This document shows, one piece after another, positions 40,801 through 50,061 of a stretch of 64,000 bases of DNA. The notes below the pieces were generated by a model. The model did not search any database. It was given only the letters and a program-made list of their open reading frames with translations, and was not told the origin of the DNA. Positions within the stretch are counted from its first letter, which is position 1. Every line of letters starts with the position of its first letter. Source of the stretch: Bdellovibrionales bacterium (GTDB lineage: Bacteria; Bdellovibrionota; Bdellovibrionia; Bdellovibrionales; UBA1609). Location: positions 832,001 through 896,000 of the forward strand of contig OZ241877.1 in NCBI GenBank assembly GCA_965203095.1, written 5' to 3'. The translations under genes were made by a program, and so were the position numbers.

Positions 40801-41017
40801 TAATGTTTTCATAAGTGTTCTCGCAGTATTGATAAATCCCCTTACTCTCTTTTTTGTTTAAAATAATGTTGTATAAATCCTTCCAACATTCCTTCTCCAC
40901 TGTGCAAGTGTAGCCGGAAGATTTTGTTGGAGTTGTTTTAAAATCTTGAGCTGATGATAAAGCAATGAAAGGGATAAGAAGGAAGGAGAGACCGGAAAAA
41001 ATATAAGGAGAGGTCAT
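37856..41017 (-). CDS. Giant secreted Cys-rich zinc metalloprotease-like protein (intact, 1053 aa)
   Basis: Signal peptide, CCRDPSDC domain, charged coiled coil and K/S/R-rich linker, HELAHTLG at 38624-38638, SIMN Met-turn. Confidence 0.82.
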   Translation of the reverse strand: MTSPYIFSGLSFLLIPFIALSSAQDFKTTPTKSSGYTCTVEKECWKDLYNIILNKKESKGIYQYCENTYENIKFCCRDPSDCEEHYGSDLAQQLKTESLSRVEESGGDILSCQLNQLSGLISSLSNIQSNVCNLGVENCEMDCENRLEAFKNYFRSCFAIPNKYSIDEVLEKAKNPAPNQTTDQKFCNEAMIRLAEKYKKQSLDKKSLLREDLKAKDIVRCEGIRSLKTAHYLNNFALSMCRQAQSQKMDEERRAKEEEEERLRKQKEEKLRAKEAEEQARLEKILAERQKKEADQAKNSKTAQKASTSKSHSASKSKNSKPAQKKSKALVSQKLEGKGKKASQSNQSLKSKKSKKSSKKKLSQARKKLSQKLRVSNKKKRSSMRMRSRQSSQYRRRNRNRNRKVAGQVSFSKISHKSSGEIEAYSSENLRGSRTSELEQEKPILLAQADTNSKKCPVSMPKLRSAILYQSVKAPQIEPMKSQAKKPYNNYDLAMGKPAGVLLELRRGGMNRQKEFAIDLLISGNKKEYYKTCFHEPQKGVMKEGEEDICSFTRDDLKAEGSYKFFPLPMQEAWLKRANFNHHIQLTLFPVDGINTNNESCHRQQSFQIKIIKTHSLKLAFTRIYGGKNCYASPDKKTGYDIVSLQKLRDFARSDEISYILSMFPISGIQSSVLRYKSGEKSYDYIYGSCNAGPAQYRGDITKTLLWAVGNVENIRSALGYGKIIAIVSKDFFIFNKKVDREGDPVAGLVIRPAWEILNTGDYITFNWIRDFFGGSWNVAFVREDQLNQGTVAHELAHTLGQGREFYKKETGPIEYCREFKGRSLKACFKYKIPQGLRAWQKNGRQFWEFVKNRWSIMNNQGEIKDQWIDRDTHQKIFWTSHKYGTVIDPRINLFSQTDSFHREDQKRKAIIISGFYNPNENSFVVPKIRVRRTALKTPSFYPRTQNTKLPTLFFQLWREQSLLKEIKRPILKMEMEIFYRNGRSEKRAFDFSPLRAVFDLPEGIERDKLRLVVLNPQKKLILTTTIPKKKKKKQKKSKKPEIKPKSMDKKQE

Positions 41018-41023
41018 ATAGTT

Positions 41024-41051
41024 TTATCGGTTTATTAGGAGTAAAACTTTA
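41024..41051 (-). promoter_or_regulatory. Putative sigma28/FliA promoter; transcript apparently leaderless
   Basis: TAAAGTTT-N12-ACCGATAA ending 6 nt before ATG 41017. Confidence 0.65.
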
Positions 41052-41069
41052 GGTTTTTTTTTGCAAAGA

Positions 41070-41175
41070 TTTGTGGGAGAACCCCTGTTTTTACAAGAGC
41101 TGGCTCTTCTGGATTCCCGCTTTCACGGGAGCCAGAAAGTCCGGGGGACTTTCTGGCAAACTCATGGGAATGACT
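41070..41175 (-). repeat. Family-2 palindromic element upstream of protease cassette 2
   Basis: Inverted homologue of 13609-13702; GTCATTCCC...TCCCGTGAAAGCGGGAATCC with an inserted hairpin at 41131-41157. Confidence 0.85.
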
Positions 41176-41301
41176 GTGTTCGCGATAGCCAAGCTGAACA
41201 GGAAAAAACTGGCTTTTTCACAAGAGAATTTAAGATTTTTTGGAGTTTTAGCCAAAAAACATTTGTAAGATATGAAACTTTGTGATACTTGTCCTCTTGT
41301 T

Positions 41302-41571
41302 ATGAAAAAGAATATTCACCCCAAAACTCGCCCTGTGGTTTTTAAAGATGTGTCCAGTGGCTTTCAGATCATCACCCACTCCACTGTGGAGACCAAACAG
41401 AATATAGAGGTCAAGGGGAAAAGCTATCCCTTGGTATCCTTTGATGTTTCCAGTGCCTCTCATCCTTTTTATACGGGCCAACAAAGGCTTGTAGATACAG
41501 AAGGACGAGCCGAAAGGTTTATGAAAAAATACAAAGGTTTTAAATCTTTAGGGAAGAGCACTAAGCCATAG
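41302..41571 (+). CDS. rpmE2: 50S ribosomal protein L31 type B
   Basis: MKKNIHP, VVFKD, DVSSASHPFYTG, GRAERF; no zinc cysteines. Confidence 0.95.
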   Translation: MKKNIHPKTRPVVFKDVSSGFQIITHSTVETKQNIEVKGKSYPLVSFDVSSASHPFYTGQQRLVDTEGRAERFMKKYKGFKSLGKSTKP

Positions 41572-43132
41572 CTATTTTTTCACTGAGCCGAACCACAGTG
41601 ATTTTAATCAGCCCAGGGTAAGACCGCTCCTGTTCAATTTTTCTCGCAATAAGGCGACTCAAATCCAAAGCCCCTTTGTCGCTGATTTTTTTGTTGTTTA
41701 CAATTACTCTCATCTCCCGCCCCGCACTCATGATGTAGGCGTCCTCAATGTTTTCAAAACTGTCTATAATTCTCTCTAAACTGGCCATTTTTTGATTATA
41801 AGAATCTTCTGTAAATCGCCGGGCCCCTGGCCTGGAACCAGAAATGGAATCCGCAACAATCACTAAATAAGCCAATGCTGTGGAGGGTGATTCATCGTGG
41901 TGATGGGCCCGAACGGCATGCAATATCTCTTCTCTCTCCTTGTGCTTAGAGAGGAAGTCCGCCCCAATCACCGCGTGATTCCCCTCAACGGAATGATCCA
42001 TAGCCTTTCCAATATCGTGAAACATGCCGGATCGATGGGCTGGTTTAATGGGCAAATTCATCTCTGCACTCAACAACCCGCAAAGCCAGCCCACCTCTTC
42101 ACAATGAAAATATTGATTTTGAGCAAAAGAATACCTATATCTTAAAGCCCCCATCATATTTTGCACAGGGGAAGAGATATTTTTAAGCCTTAATTTTCTG
42201 CATATATTTTGCCCGTCCCGGCGGATTTTAGAAAAAAGCTCTTTTTTAGATTGCCGAACAGTGGTTTTAATAATAGGAATATTCACTCTGTGTTTTTTAG
42301 AAAGTTTTTGTAAGGTGATACGGCCCCACTCCCTACGCACAGGATCAATACCCAATACAACAGCCTGTTGATCTTCTGTATTGACCAAAATATCTACCCC
42401 ACACTCTTTTTCAACTTCATTGAGGAAAGCATTTTTCGGACCCATGACCTTCTCCCTTTGCCGGGAAGTTCTAAAAATCACAGGAGGAATTCTTCTTTCC
42501 GGACAATAAACTCGATCAAAGCGACTCAAAACCATATTCAAATGAAAAAAGGAATCCTTTTGAAGATTTTGCCGATTCTGTTTGTCTCGTTTTTCTAAAT
42601 CCTTGTTAATTTTATTCAGCCAACTCTCTTCAATGCTTTCTTTGAGTTCCTTTTTAAACTGCTCCCAATTTATGGAGAACTTTTTTTCCAACTTTTCTGC
42701 TTTTCTTTTTGCAAAAGTTTTTAGATCTGAGAGCAGTTGTGCCTTTTCCTCCGCCCTTTGCCCTGATGTTTGATCCATCTTGTGAATAGTTTTTTTGATT
42801 TGGCTTAGGGATTGATCTCTCTCGCTGTTTTTTAATTTGAACTGATGAAATTTTTTATCCAATTCCGCTTGCCATTCCCTTATCTGTGATTCCCTTTTCT
42901 CTTTTTCTTTTTCAAAAACAGCAATTTTTTGCCTGTTCAGATTATGAAATTCTTTTTGATGGGTTTTAAACAAGGAGTCCGCTTTCTCCTTAGCTAAAAG
43001 AAAAATATGCTCCCCTTCCGCCTTTACCTTTTTCAGTGTGGCTTTTCTCTCTAAATAATTCCAAAATAGAGCTAAAAAAAGACCTACAGGCCATCCGCTG
43101 GCAAAAATATAAAAAAGTTTGTCCCATTCCAT
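41561..43132 (-). CDS. rny: Ribonuclease Y
   Basis: N-terminal TM, coiled coil, KH-like region, HD domain (HDIGKA, ADSISGSRPGARR), YPGLIKITVVR. Confidence 0.9.
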   Translation of the reverse strand: MEWDKLFYIFASGWPVGLFLALFWNYLERKATLKKVKAEGEHIFLLAKEKADSLFKTHQKEFHNLNRQKIAVFEKEKEKRESQIREWQAELDKKFHQFKLKNSERDQSLSQIKKTIHKMDQTSGQRAEEKAQLLSDLKTFAKRKAEKLEKKFSINWEQFKKELKESIEESWLNKINKDLEKRDKQNRQNLQKDSFFHLNMVLSRFDRVYCPERRIPPVIFRTSRQREKVMGPKNAFLNEVEKECGVDILVNTEDQQAVVLGIDPVRREWGRITLQKLSKKHRVNIPIIKTTVRQSKKELFSKIRRDGQNICRKLRLKNISSPVQNMMGALRYRYSFAQNQYFHCEEVGWLCGLLSAEMNLPIKPAHRSGMFHDIGKAMDHSVEGNHAVIGADFLSKHKEREEILHAVRAHHHDESPSTALAYLVIVADSISGSRPGARRFTEDSYNQKMASLERIIDSFENIEDAYIMSAGREMRVIVNNKKISDKGALDLSRLIARKIEQERSYPGLIKITVVRLSEKIAMA

Positions 43133-43291
43133 AAAAGGCAGTTTAATGGGTTTTTTACTAAAAATCCATATTTTGTTTGATTCGTGGTTATTTTCTTAAA
43201 TTCCTACTTTTCTTACCCTGTTTTGACCAGATATTTCAACTGTGATCAGTATAAATTGAGTTGATACTGAAAAAATATCCTCTTAAGCACT

Positions 43292-43410
43292 TTTGCCTAA
43301 AGGCCGTCCGGTGATGGTCCAAGGTATTGCCGTCCCGAAATGGGACGGACCTTTAGGCAAAGAAACTGAAGAGTCCCTTGTAAATTATAGAGGTTTTTCA
43401 CAGGTGATTA
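43292..43410 (+). repeat. Family-1 hairpin copy C (43292-43361) with downstream terminal motif
   Basis: Loop GATGGTCCAAGGTATTGCCGTCCCGAA, B-type stem, ends GAGGTTTTTCACAGGTGATTA. Confidence 0.88.
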
Positions 43411-43423
43411 AATTTATCAGGAA

Positions 43424-44047
43424 TTAAGGGAAAAGCCTTTGTTTTTTCCAACCCTTACTGGTTTTTTGGAATAAAAAGCGATCATGCAGGCGATGCCTTC
43501 GATTTTTCCAAAATTCTATTTTTTGGATAAATAAGGCATAGCCCCCCCATTGTTTGGGGCAAGGGATGTTTTTCTTGCGAAATGTGTTTTTTGCAATACT
43601 TTTTAAGTTTTCCAACTCTTCCCTGGAAGAGAGGGGTTGGGATTGCCGGGATATCCACTGGCTGAGCTGGCTCTCCCGACTTCTTGAATCCCAATACAAA
43701 ACGGATTTTCTCCTGCTGATTTTTTTAACAGGTCCCTCTATGCGAATCTGTCGCCCCAACTGAGGCCAATAAAAATTCATAGCTGTTAGGGGGTGGTTTT
43801 GTATGCATTGCCCTTTTTCACTCAAATAATTGGTGTAAAAAATAAGCTGACTATTTTGAAACTGCTTGAGAAGGACTACCCTTGAGCTGACACCTCTTTT
43901 AGACCTTGTAGATAAAACCATAGCCCAAGGCTCTTCTAAATGAGGAATCTGCTTGGCCTCCCTCAACCACTGGTCTAAAAGTTTTAGAGGATCTGTCTCT
44001 GTCAAATGTTTTTTAATGCCTTTATCTTTTTTAATAATAACCTCCAT
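43424..44047 (-). CDS. pdxH: Pyridoxamine 5'-phosphate oxidase
   Basis: AMVLST, RVVLLK, FYTNY, RQIRIEG, IEFW, RLHDR, RLFP. Confidence 0.95.
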   Translation of the reverse strand: MEVIIKKDKGIKKHLTETDPLKLLDQWLREAKQIPHLEEPWAMVLSTRSKRGVSSRVVLLKQFQNSQLIFYTNYLSEKGQCIQNHPLTAMNFYWPQLGRQIRIEGPVKKISRRKSVLYWDSRSRESQLSQWISRQSQPLSSREELENLKSIAKNTFRKKNIPCPKQWGGYALFIQKIEFWKNRRHRLHDRFLFQKTSKGWKKQRLFP

Positions 44048-44139
44048 AAATTATATTTTCGCTTTGAGCCTTCACAGGTTCAAACTCAACATATTTGAGG
44101 GCCGACACATAGGCCGACCCTCAAAAGCAGTTGTTTTCA

Positions 44140-44459
44140 GGATAGGCGATAAGCCGGATTCTGTCTGCCTTTTTCCTACTAAAAAAGGGAAACGGTGATT
44201 CCTCTAAGAGTTTTGTTGCCAAAACCCTTTTGCGATCAACCCGAAGGCACTGCCTCTTGGCTCAGGATAGCCTTCCTATTTGATCTCGCTCCGGGCAGAG
44301 TTTAGCTGATTTCACTCCAGCACCGGTAAAAACCGGCCGGATATTCTTTCTGTTCCACTGGTCCGCGCCTTTCGGCGGAAGGCGGTTAGCCTTTGCCTTG
44401 CCAAAGGAGTCCGGACTTTCCTCTTTGCCCTTATGGGCAAAGCCACCGTTTGCCTATCC
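44140..44459 (-). ncRNA. rnpB: RNase P RNA (class A)
   Basis: Minus strand has GAGGAAAGTCCGGACTCC near the 5' end and ACAGAATCCGGCTTATC near the 3' end; P1 helix GGATAGGC/GCCTATCC. Confidence 0.95.
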
Positions 44460-44520
44460 AAAAAAAGCCTATCAGAACATAGCCAAAAAAGCAACCAAAA
44501 CATCTCCCACTTCTAAAGGC

Positions 44521-44707
44521 TTAAAATTTCCCAAACAAAACTTGAAAAGCGGTTTCTGGCCTCAATACCCGGCAAAGATTTTGTTTATATTCTTGTTTTA
44601 GCTGAGCCACAATTTGAAGAGAATGCACTGGTTTTAATTTTTCAGAATAATATGTCAGAGATTTTAGATAAGTCCCTCATAATATCCCGTTCAATAAATC
44701 TCTTCAT
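44521..44707 (-). pseudogene. Internally deleted relic of an AAA_14/DUF4143-like ATPase
   Basis: N-terminus MKRFIERDIMRDLSK joined out of frame to a C-terminus-like SLTYYSEKLKPVHSLQIVAQLKQEY...GKF*. Confidence 0.45.
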
Positions 44708-44976
44708 ATTCGCCATTTTATACTCTATTCCAAAATAGTCAAGGCTATATTGGAATAGAGTGCAAAATAGCTGACTACAAAAGACTTTTTGCTTTGTGTC
44801 TATTTTTTTTAAGGCTTTTATCCGACCACCGGACATTTGACATTCTGAAAAAGGGTTTTAGTCCAGTTTTTGTTCTTTTCCTTAATGCAGAGCGGGTTCC
44901 TTTAAAAATCAGCCTTTTTCTCAATCCCTCAGTATGGTATTTTTTATGTCAGCAGGGCAAAAAATAAAAGGCTAAT

Positions 44977-46344
44977 ATGTCTCTTAAACTTAGACTGGGC
45001 TTAAACCAAAAAATTGCACTTTCACAAAGGTTAAGGCAATCTCTTTCGATTTTGTCCTTATCTTATGAGGAATTGCTGAAAGCCATTCAACAAGAACTTT
45101 TAGAAAATCCTTTTTTGTCAGAAGTTAAATCACCAAAAGGCTTTGATTCATCAAATTTTCAAATGCCTCTGCCCCGGACAAATCACAACAAAACTGGGCC
45201 TGTTTCTCAAGTTTTTTCAGCAGAGCTTTTAAGTGAGCCGGAGTCCCTCAGAAGTTATATTCTAAAACAAGTGGATATGTCTTTTTTTCCGAAAGAAGTA
45301 AAAGCTGTTATGCTCTGTTTGATCTCCTATTTAGATGATAGAGCTTATCTTAATTTAGACATAGAAGAACTGTCTAAAAGGGAAAAGATCCCTCTTTTTT
45401 TAGTAGAGCAATCCCTTAAGGCTTTGCAAAGCCTTGAGCCAGTGGGCTTAGGTGGAAGAGATCTTAAAGAATGCCTTTTAATTCAGTTAAGACATAAAAA
45501 AGAGGACACAAAACAGGCCCAGCAAATAGTTCAGCATCACTTGCAGAATATAAAGGAAAAAAAGTTTCGGGCCATAGCTTATGATCTCAATATTTCTTTA
45601 GAAGACTGCATGAAATACTGCCGTATGATTCAGTCTTTAGAGCCTTTTCCCGGCAGAAACTTCTCCCCTCAACCCACAACCTTTATCCGCCCCGACATCT
45701 ATATCTATAAACAAAACTCAACTTACTATGTCACTTTAAATCAAGAGGAATTTCCAAGATTAAGGGTTTCCTCTGAATACAGAAGATCAATTAAAAGATC
45801 AGGCCAGTTTAAGCCTCAAGAGCAAAAATATTTTAGAGATAAAATAATCTCTGCTCATTGGTTTCTCTACTCTGTCAAGCAAAGGCAGGAGAAGATCAAA
45901 AAAATTGCCTATTATCTCATCCATAATCAAAGGGATTTTTTGGAAAAAGGAAGTGCCCACCTCAAACCCTTAAGGATGCAGGATATGGCGGAGGCTTTGT
46001 CTGTTCATGTGTCCACAATCAGCCGGGCCGTTTATAATAAATACGCTTGGACCCCTCAGGGAATGGTAGATTTAAGATCTTTCTTTCAAAAGGGATTGAA
46101 AACTGAAAATGGGGCTTTTGTTTCCAAACAGAAAATCAAACAAGCTATAAAACAATGGGTGAAAGAGGAAAAGCCCTCACAACCCCTTTCTGACAAACAA
46201 CTGAAAGACAAAGTCTATGAAAAATTCCATATCTGTCTATTGAGGAGAAGTGTTAGCCTTTATCGATCCTCTATGGGCATCCCCCCCATAAGAGTAAGGC
46301 GGTTAGGCTACTCCCACTCTCTTGACCATTCGCCCGCCTCCTAA
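44977..46344 (+). CDS. rpoN: RNA polymerase sigma-54 factor
   Basis: LLENPFL, PVGLGGRDLKECLLIQL, LKPLRMQDMAE, HVSTISRAV, PLSD, divergent RpoN box. Confidence 0.93.
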   Translation: MSLKLRLGLNQKIALSQRLRQSLSILSLSYEELLKAIQQELLENPFLSEVKSPKGFDSSNFQMPLPRTNHNKTGPVSQVFSAELLSEPESLRSYILKQVDMSFFPKEVKAVMLCLISYLDDRAYLNLDIEELSKREKIPLFLVEQSLKALQSLEPVGLGGRDLKECLLIQLRHKKEDTKQAQQIVQHHLQNIKEKKFRAIAYDLNISLEDCMKYCRMIQSLEPFPGRNFSPQPTTFIRPDIYIYKQNSTYYVTLNQEEFPRLRVSSEYRRSIKRSGQFKPQEQKYFRDKIISAHWFLYSVKQRQEKIKKIAYYLIHNQRDFLEKGSAHLKPLRMQDMAEALSVHVSTISRAVYNKYAWTPQGMVDLRSFFQKGLKTENGAFVSKQKIKQAIKQWVKEEKPSQPLSDKQLKDKVYEKFHICLLRRSVSLYRSSMGIPPIRVRRLGYSHSLDHSPAS

Positions 46345-46505
46345 CTTTGATTCATGGGTATTTAAGAGCTTTTTTTTCAATATTTCTGCATATAGAGCCT
46401 CAAAAAGCCTATTTTGATTGAATTTTAACAAGCAAAGTAAGAAAAATAAAAGTTGCTTTTGGACTTTGTCAATGATAGACAAGGGAAACTTTTAAAAAGG
46501 CAGTT

Positions 46506-47387
46506 ATGCAAGAATTGAGTTTAGAAAATTTAATTGGTGCCGGTGTTCATTTTGGCCATGAGATTCGAAAATGGAATCCCAAGATGAAAGCCTTTGTTTA
46601 TCGCACTCAAGGGGGAATCCATATTATTGACCTCCAAAAAACCATAGTTTACGCCAAAAAAGCTATGGCTTTTTTAGAGCAAATCACCTCTGAGGGAGGT
46701 CGTGTGCTTTTTGTGGGAACCAAAATTCAAGCCCTATCTATAGCCAGGGCGGAAGCTGAAGCTTCTCATCAGTTTTATGTAAACAAAAGATGGTTTGGGG
46801 GTACTCTGACTAATTTTGAAACATTAAAAATCAGTATCGAAAGGATGAAGAAGATCCAGAAAATTAAAGAACGATTTGATTTGGATCGCTACTCTAAAAA
46901 AGAGAGGAGCCGTATTGAAAAAGAATACAATAAAATGGAGGAATGCCTTTGCGGGATAAAAGATATGAAAGATATTCCCTCTGCCCTTTTTATTTTGGAC
47001 ATTAACAAGGAAAGAATAGCCTTAAACGAGGCCAAAAAACTGAATATTCCAGTGGTGGCACTTGTGGACACAAACTGTGATCCCTCTTTGGTAGATTTTC
47101 CCATTCCTGCTAACGATGATTCCTCTCGCTCCATTAAACTTTTTACTCACTTGGCCGGAAATGCCTGTAAAAGAGGTTGGGATAAGAGGGAGAAATCTTC
47201 ATCAAATCAAAAAAAAGAAACAGATAAAAATTCCATTAGCAAAAGCCAACCCGCTGGGGAAGGCCCTAAAGTTGTCAATTTGAGTAAAAACCGAAAATTA
47301 GTGGCCGCAGGCACAGCAGAGGATATGGAAATTAAAATGGAGTTAGAAAAAGATTCTACTGGTAAGGTAAAAAATCAATCTAAGTGA
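46506..47387 (+). CDS. rpsB: 30S ribosomal protein S2
   Basis: [31 protein letters not shown]. Confidence 0.97.
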   Translation: MQELSLENLIGAGVHFGHEIRKWNPKMKAFVYRTQGGIHIIDLQKTIVYAKKAMAFLEQITSEGGRVLFVGTKIQALSIARAEAEASHQFYVNKRWFGGTLTNFETLKISIERMKKIQKIKERFDLDRYSKKERSRIEKEYNKMEECLCGIKDMKDIPSALFILDINKERIALNEAKKLNIPVVALVDTNCDPSLVDFPIPANDDSSRSIKLFTHLAGNACKRGWDKREKSSSNQKKETDKNSISKSQPAGEGPKVVNLSKNRKLVAAGTAEDMEIKMELEKDSTGKVKNQSK

Positions 47388-47398
47388 AGGGAGTCGAT

Positions 47399-48043
47399 AT
47401 GTCCAATATTCCTCTTAAAGAAATTCAACGGCTGAGGCAGAGGACAGGTGCCGGGATTATGGACTGCAAACAGGCCCTTAAATCCTCTAAAGGCCAGTTT
47501 GACCAAGCTGTAGATTGGCTGAGAAAAAAGGGAATAGCTACAGCTAATAAAAAATCCGATAGAACAGCTCGCCAAGGATCTGTATCCGCTTATATTCATG
47601 CTGATGGCCGTATTGGAGTTTTGTTGGAGGTCAATTCAGAAACAGATTTTGTGGCCCGAAATGAAAGCTTTAAAACCTTTGTCAAAGAGCTTAGCTTACA
47701 TATCACAGCCATGAACCCTCTTTATATTCAAGATGAGGACATTCCTAAAGAAAGAAAAACAAAGGAACAGCAAGTTTTTAAAGAACAAGCCCAGTCTAAA
47801 GCCAAAGATCCCTCCATAATCCATCGTATATCTGAGGGGCTTTATAAAAAATGGAGGAGTGAAGTTTGCTTACTGGATCAGGAGTTTGTTAAAGAAAAGG
47901 CAGAGCAAAAAGAGACTGTCCGCCAAGCACTTAACAAATTGATTGCCAAAACTGGAGAAAATATTGTGATTCGCCGTTTTGTCCGTTTTGCCTTAGGGGA
48001 GACGGAAAGCCGTCCCCATAAATCATCAGAAAGTCAGGTCTAA
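47399..48043 (+). CDS. tsf: Elongation factor Ts (short form)
   Basis: TGAGIMDCK, EVNSETDFVA, GENIVIRRF. Confidence 0.97.
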   Translation: MSNIPLKEIQRLRQRTGAGIMDCKQALKSSKGQFDQAVDWLRKKGIATANKKSDRTARQGSVSAYIHADGRIGVLLEVNSETDFVARNESFKTFVKELSLHITAMNPLYIQDEDIPKERKTKEQQVFKEQAQSKAKDPSIIHRISEGLYKKWRSEVCLLDQEFVKEKAEQKETVRQALNKLIAKTGENIVIRRFVRFALGETESRPHKSSESQV

Positions 48044-48045
48044 TT

Positions 48046-48774
48046 TTGTCTAAAAAAGCTGTTTATAAAAAAGTTCTTATTAAAATTAGCGGGGAAATAT
48101 TATCTGGAGAACAAAATTTTGGCATAAATCCCTCTATTCTAAATCAGTTGGCTGAGGACTTAAAACAGCTGATCGATCTCAAAGTCCAAGTGGCAGTGGT
48201 GATTGGTGGTGGGAATATTTTTCGTGGAGAAGAAGCTTCTCGAAAAGGTATGAACCGGGTCAGTTCCGATCACATGGGCATGTTAGCGACTTGCATTAAC
48301 GGCTTGGCTTTACAAAATGTTTTGGAACAAAACCAAGTAGAAACAAGGGTCCTTTCAGCCATTGAGATTTCAGACATGGCTGAGCCTTACATTCACCGCC
48401 GAGCTTTACGACACCTTGAAAAAAACCGACTTTTAATTTTTTCTGGCGGGACGGGCAACCCTTACTTTTCAACAGATACCGCCGCGGCCCTTCGTGCGAT
48501 GGAAATTTCAGCAGAGGTTTTATTAAAAGCAACTAAAGTGGATGGTATTTTTGACAAAGACCCTAAAAAGAATAAAAACTGCAAAAAGTTTGATCAGATA
48601 AGTTATACAGATGTTTTAAAAAAGAATCTTAAAGTTATGGACGGGGCAGCTGTGAGTTTGTGCCGGGATAACAATATGCCCTTAATCACCTTCAACCTTA
48701 AGATAAAAGGGAATTTATCTCGTGTGATTTGTGGGGAAAAGATAGGAACTTTAATCCAAAAGGATGTTTTATAA
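48046..48774 (+). CDS. pyrH: UMP kinase
   Basis: KISGE, GGGNIFRG, DHMGMLAT, GNPYFSTDTAAALRA. Confidence 0.97.
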   Translation: MSKKAVYKKVLIKISGEILSGEQNFGINPSILNQLAEDLKQLIDLKVQVAVVIGGGNIFRGEEASRKGMNRVSSDHMGMLATCINGLALQNVLEQNQVETRVLSAIEISDMAEPYIHRRALRHLEKNRLLIFSGGTGNPYFSTDTAAALRAMEISAEVLLKATKVDGIFDKDPKKNKNCKKFDQISYTDVLKKNLKVMDGAAVSLCRDNNMPLITFNLKIKGNLSRVICGEKIGTLIQKDVL

Positions 48775-48790
48775 TTAAAAACCAGAGGAG

Positions 48791-49354
48791 TTGCCAATGT
48801 TTGATGAATATGCAAAACAGGCCCAAGCCAAAATGAAAGGCAATGTAGAGGCTTTTCGTGCAAGAGTCAGGAAAATTCGAACAGGGCGAGCCAGCCCGGC
48901 ACTTTTAGAATCAGTCCATGTGATTTACTATGGAAGTTCCACCCCTTTGCTACAGATGGCTAATATCAGCACTCCCTCACCTCGCCAGCTGGTGGTGACA
49001 CCTTGGGATTTAAAGGCTTTAAAAGATATTCAACAAGCTTTGACTAAAGCCAACATAGGGGCTAACCCTCAAATTGACGAAAAGATCATTCGGTTAACAC
49101 TTCCTGAACTTACAGAAGAAAGACGAAAAGAGTTAGTTAAAGAGGTAAAAAAAATGGCGGAAAAATGCCGCGTGGATTTACGAAACAGCCGTCGCTCTGT
49201 TAATGAGGAAATTAAAAAAGCACAAAAAGAAAAAGTTTTAAGCGAAGATGATCAAAAACTTTTAATAGATAAAATACAAAAAGTCACAGACGATTTTATA
49301 AAGCAAGTGGAACAAATTGTTCAATCTAAGGAAAAAGAAATTTTGGAGTTTTAA
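48791..49354 (+). CDS. frr: Ribosome recycling factor
   Basis: IRTGRASP, PELTEERRKELVK, IQKVTD. Confidence 0.97.
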   Translation: MPMFDEYAKQAQAKMKGNVEAFRARVRKIRTGRASPALLESVHVIYYGSSTPLLQMANISTPSPRQLVVTPWDLKALKDIQQALTKANIGANPQIDEKIIRLTLPELTEERRKELVKEVKKMAEKCRVDLRNSRRSVNEEIKKAQKEKVLSEDDQKLLIDKIQKVTDDFIKQVEQIVQSKEKEILEF

Positions 49355-49356
49355 TT

Positions 49357-50061
49357 TTGCCCTCCCTGCCTTTAAAGCATTTGGCTTTGATTATGGATGG
49401 CAATGGCCGATGGGCTGAGAAACAGAGGCACTCCCGTATTTTTGGTCATGTCCGGGGGGCAAAAACGGCCCAAACGATCATTAAATACTGTTCTCAAATT
49501 CAACTGCCTTTTTTAAGTCTTTTTACCCTCAGTGCTGAAAATATTTTTCGTCCTAAAGAGGAAGTCAAAAACCTAACCCGGTTGTTAAAAAAAGTTTTTG
49601 TTCAGCGAACTGATCTTTTACTTGAAGAGCAGATTCAACTGAATATTTTAGGAGATCTTTCTATTTTCTCTTCTGATTTGAGGGAGCTTTGCCTTTCGCT
49701 TTGTAAAAAAACCAAAAAGCATAAAGGCTTGCGTTTGATTGTAGCTTTAAATTATGGTGGACGACAAGAGATTTTACAGGCTGTTCAAAAAATAGCTCAA
49801 GCCGTTCAGCAAAACAAAATCCAACCTCAGCAATTAGACGAAAGCCGGTGGGCCTCTTTCCTATCCTCTTCTTGTTTCCCTCCTCCAGATATGATTATTC
49901 GGACAGGAGGAAAGGTCCGCCTCTCTAATTTTTATTTATGGTCTGCCGCCTATTCTGAACTTTATTTTACAGATATTTTATGGCCGGACTTCAGCAAAGA
50001 GGACTTGTGTAAAGCTCTGCAAAATTTCTCCTCATCTCAAAGAAAATTTGGAAAACTTTAA
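49357..50061 (+). CDS. uppS: Undecaprenyl diphosphate synthase
   Basis: IMDGNGRWA, NYGGRQEI, IRTGG, RLSNFYLW, LWPDF. Confidence 0.95.
   Translation: MPSLPLKHLALIMDGNGRWAEKQRHSRIFGHVRGAKTAQTIIKYCSQIQLPFLSLFTLSAENIFRPKEEVKNLTRLLKKVFVQRTDLLLEEQIQLNILGDLSIFSSDLRELCLSLCKKTKKHKGLRLIVALNYGGRQEILQAVQKIAQAVQQNKIQPQQLDESRWASFLSSSCFPPPDMIIRTGGKVRLSNFYLWSAAYSELYFTDILWPDFSKEDLCKALQNFSSSQRKFGKL

Noticed and set aside
41061..41285. Short ORFs at 41061 and 41071
   Set aside because: Translations of the family-2 palindromic element
44048..44139. 6S RNA suggested by a TTGAACC..GG.TCAA hairpin
   Set aside because: Only about 90 nt are available between pdxH and rnpB, too short
44312..44601. ORFs overlapping rnpB
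   Set aside because: They overlap a confident RNA gene and show no protein motifs
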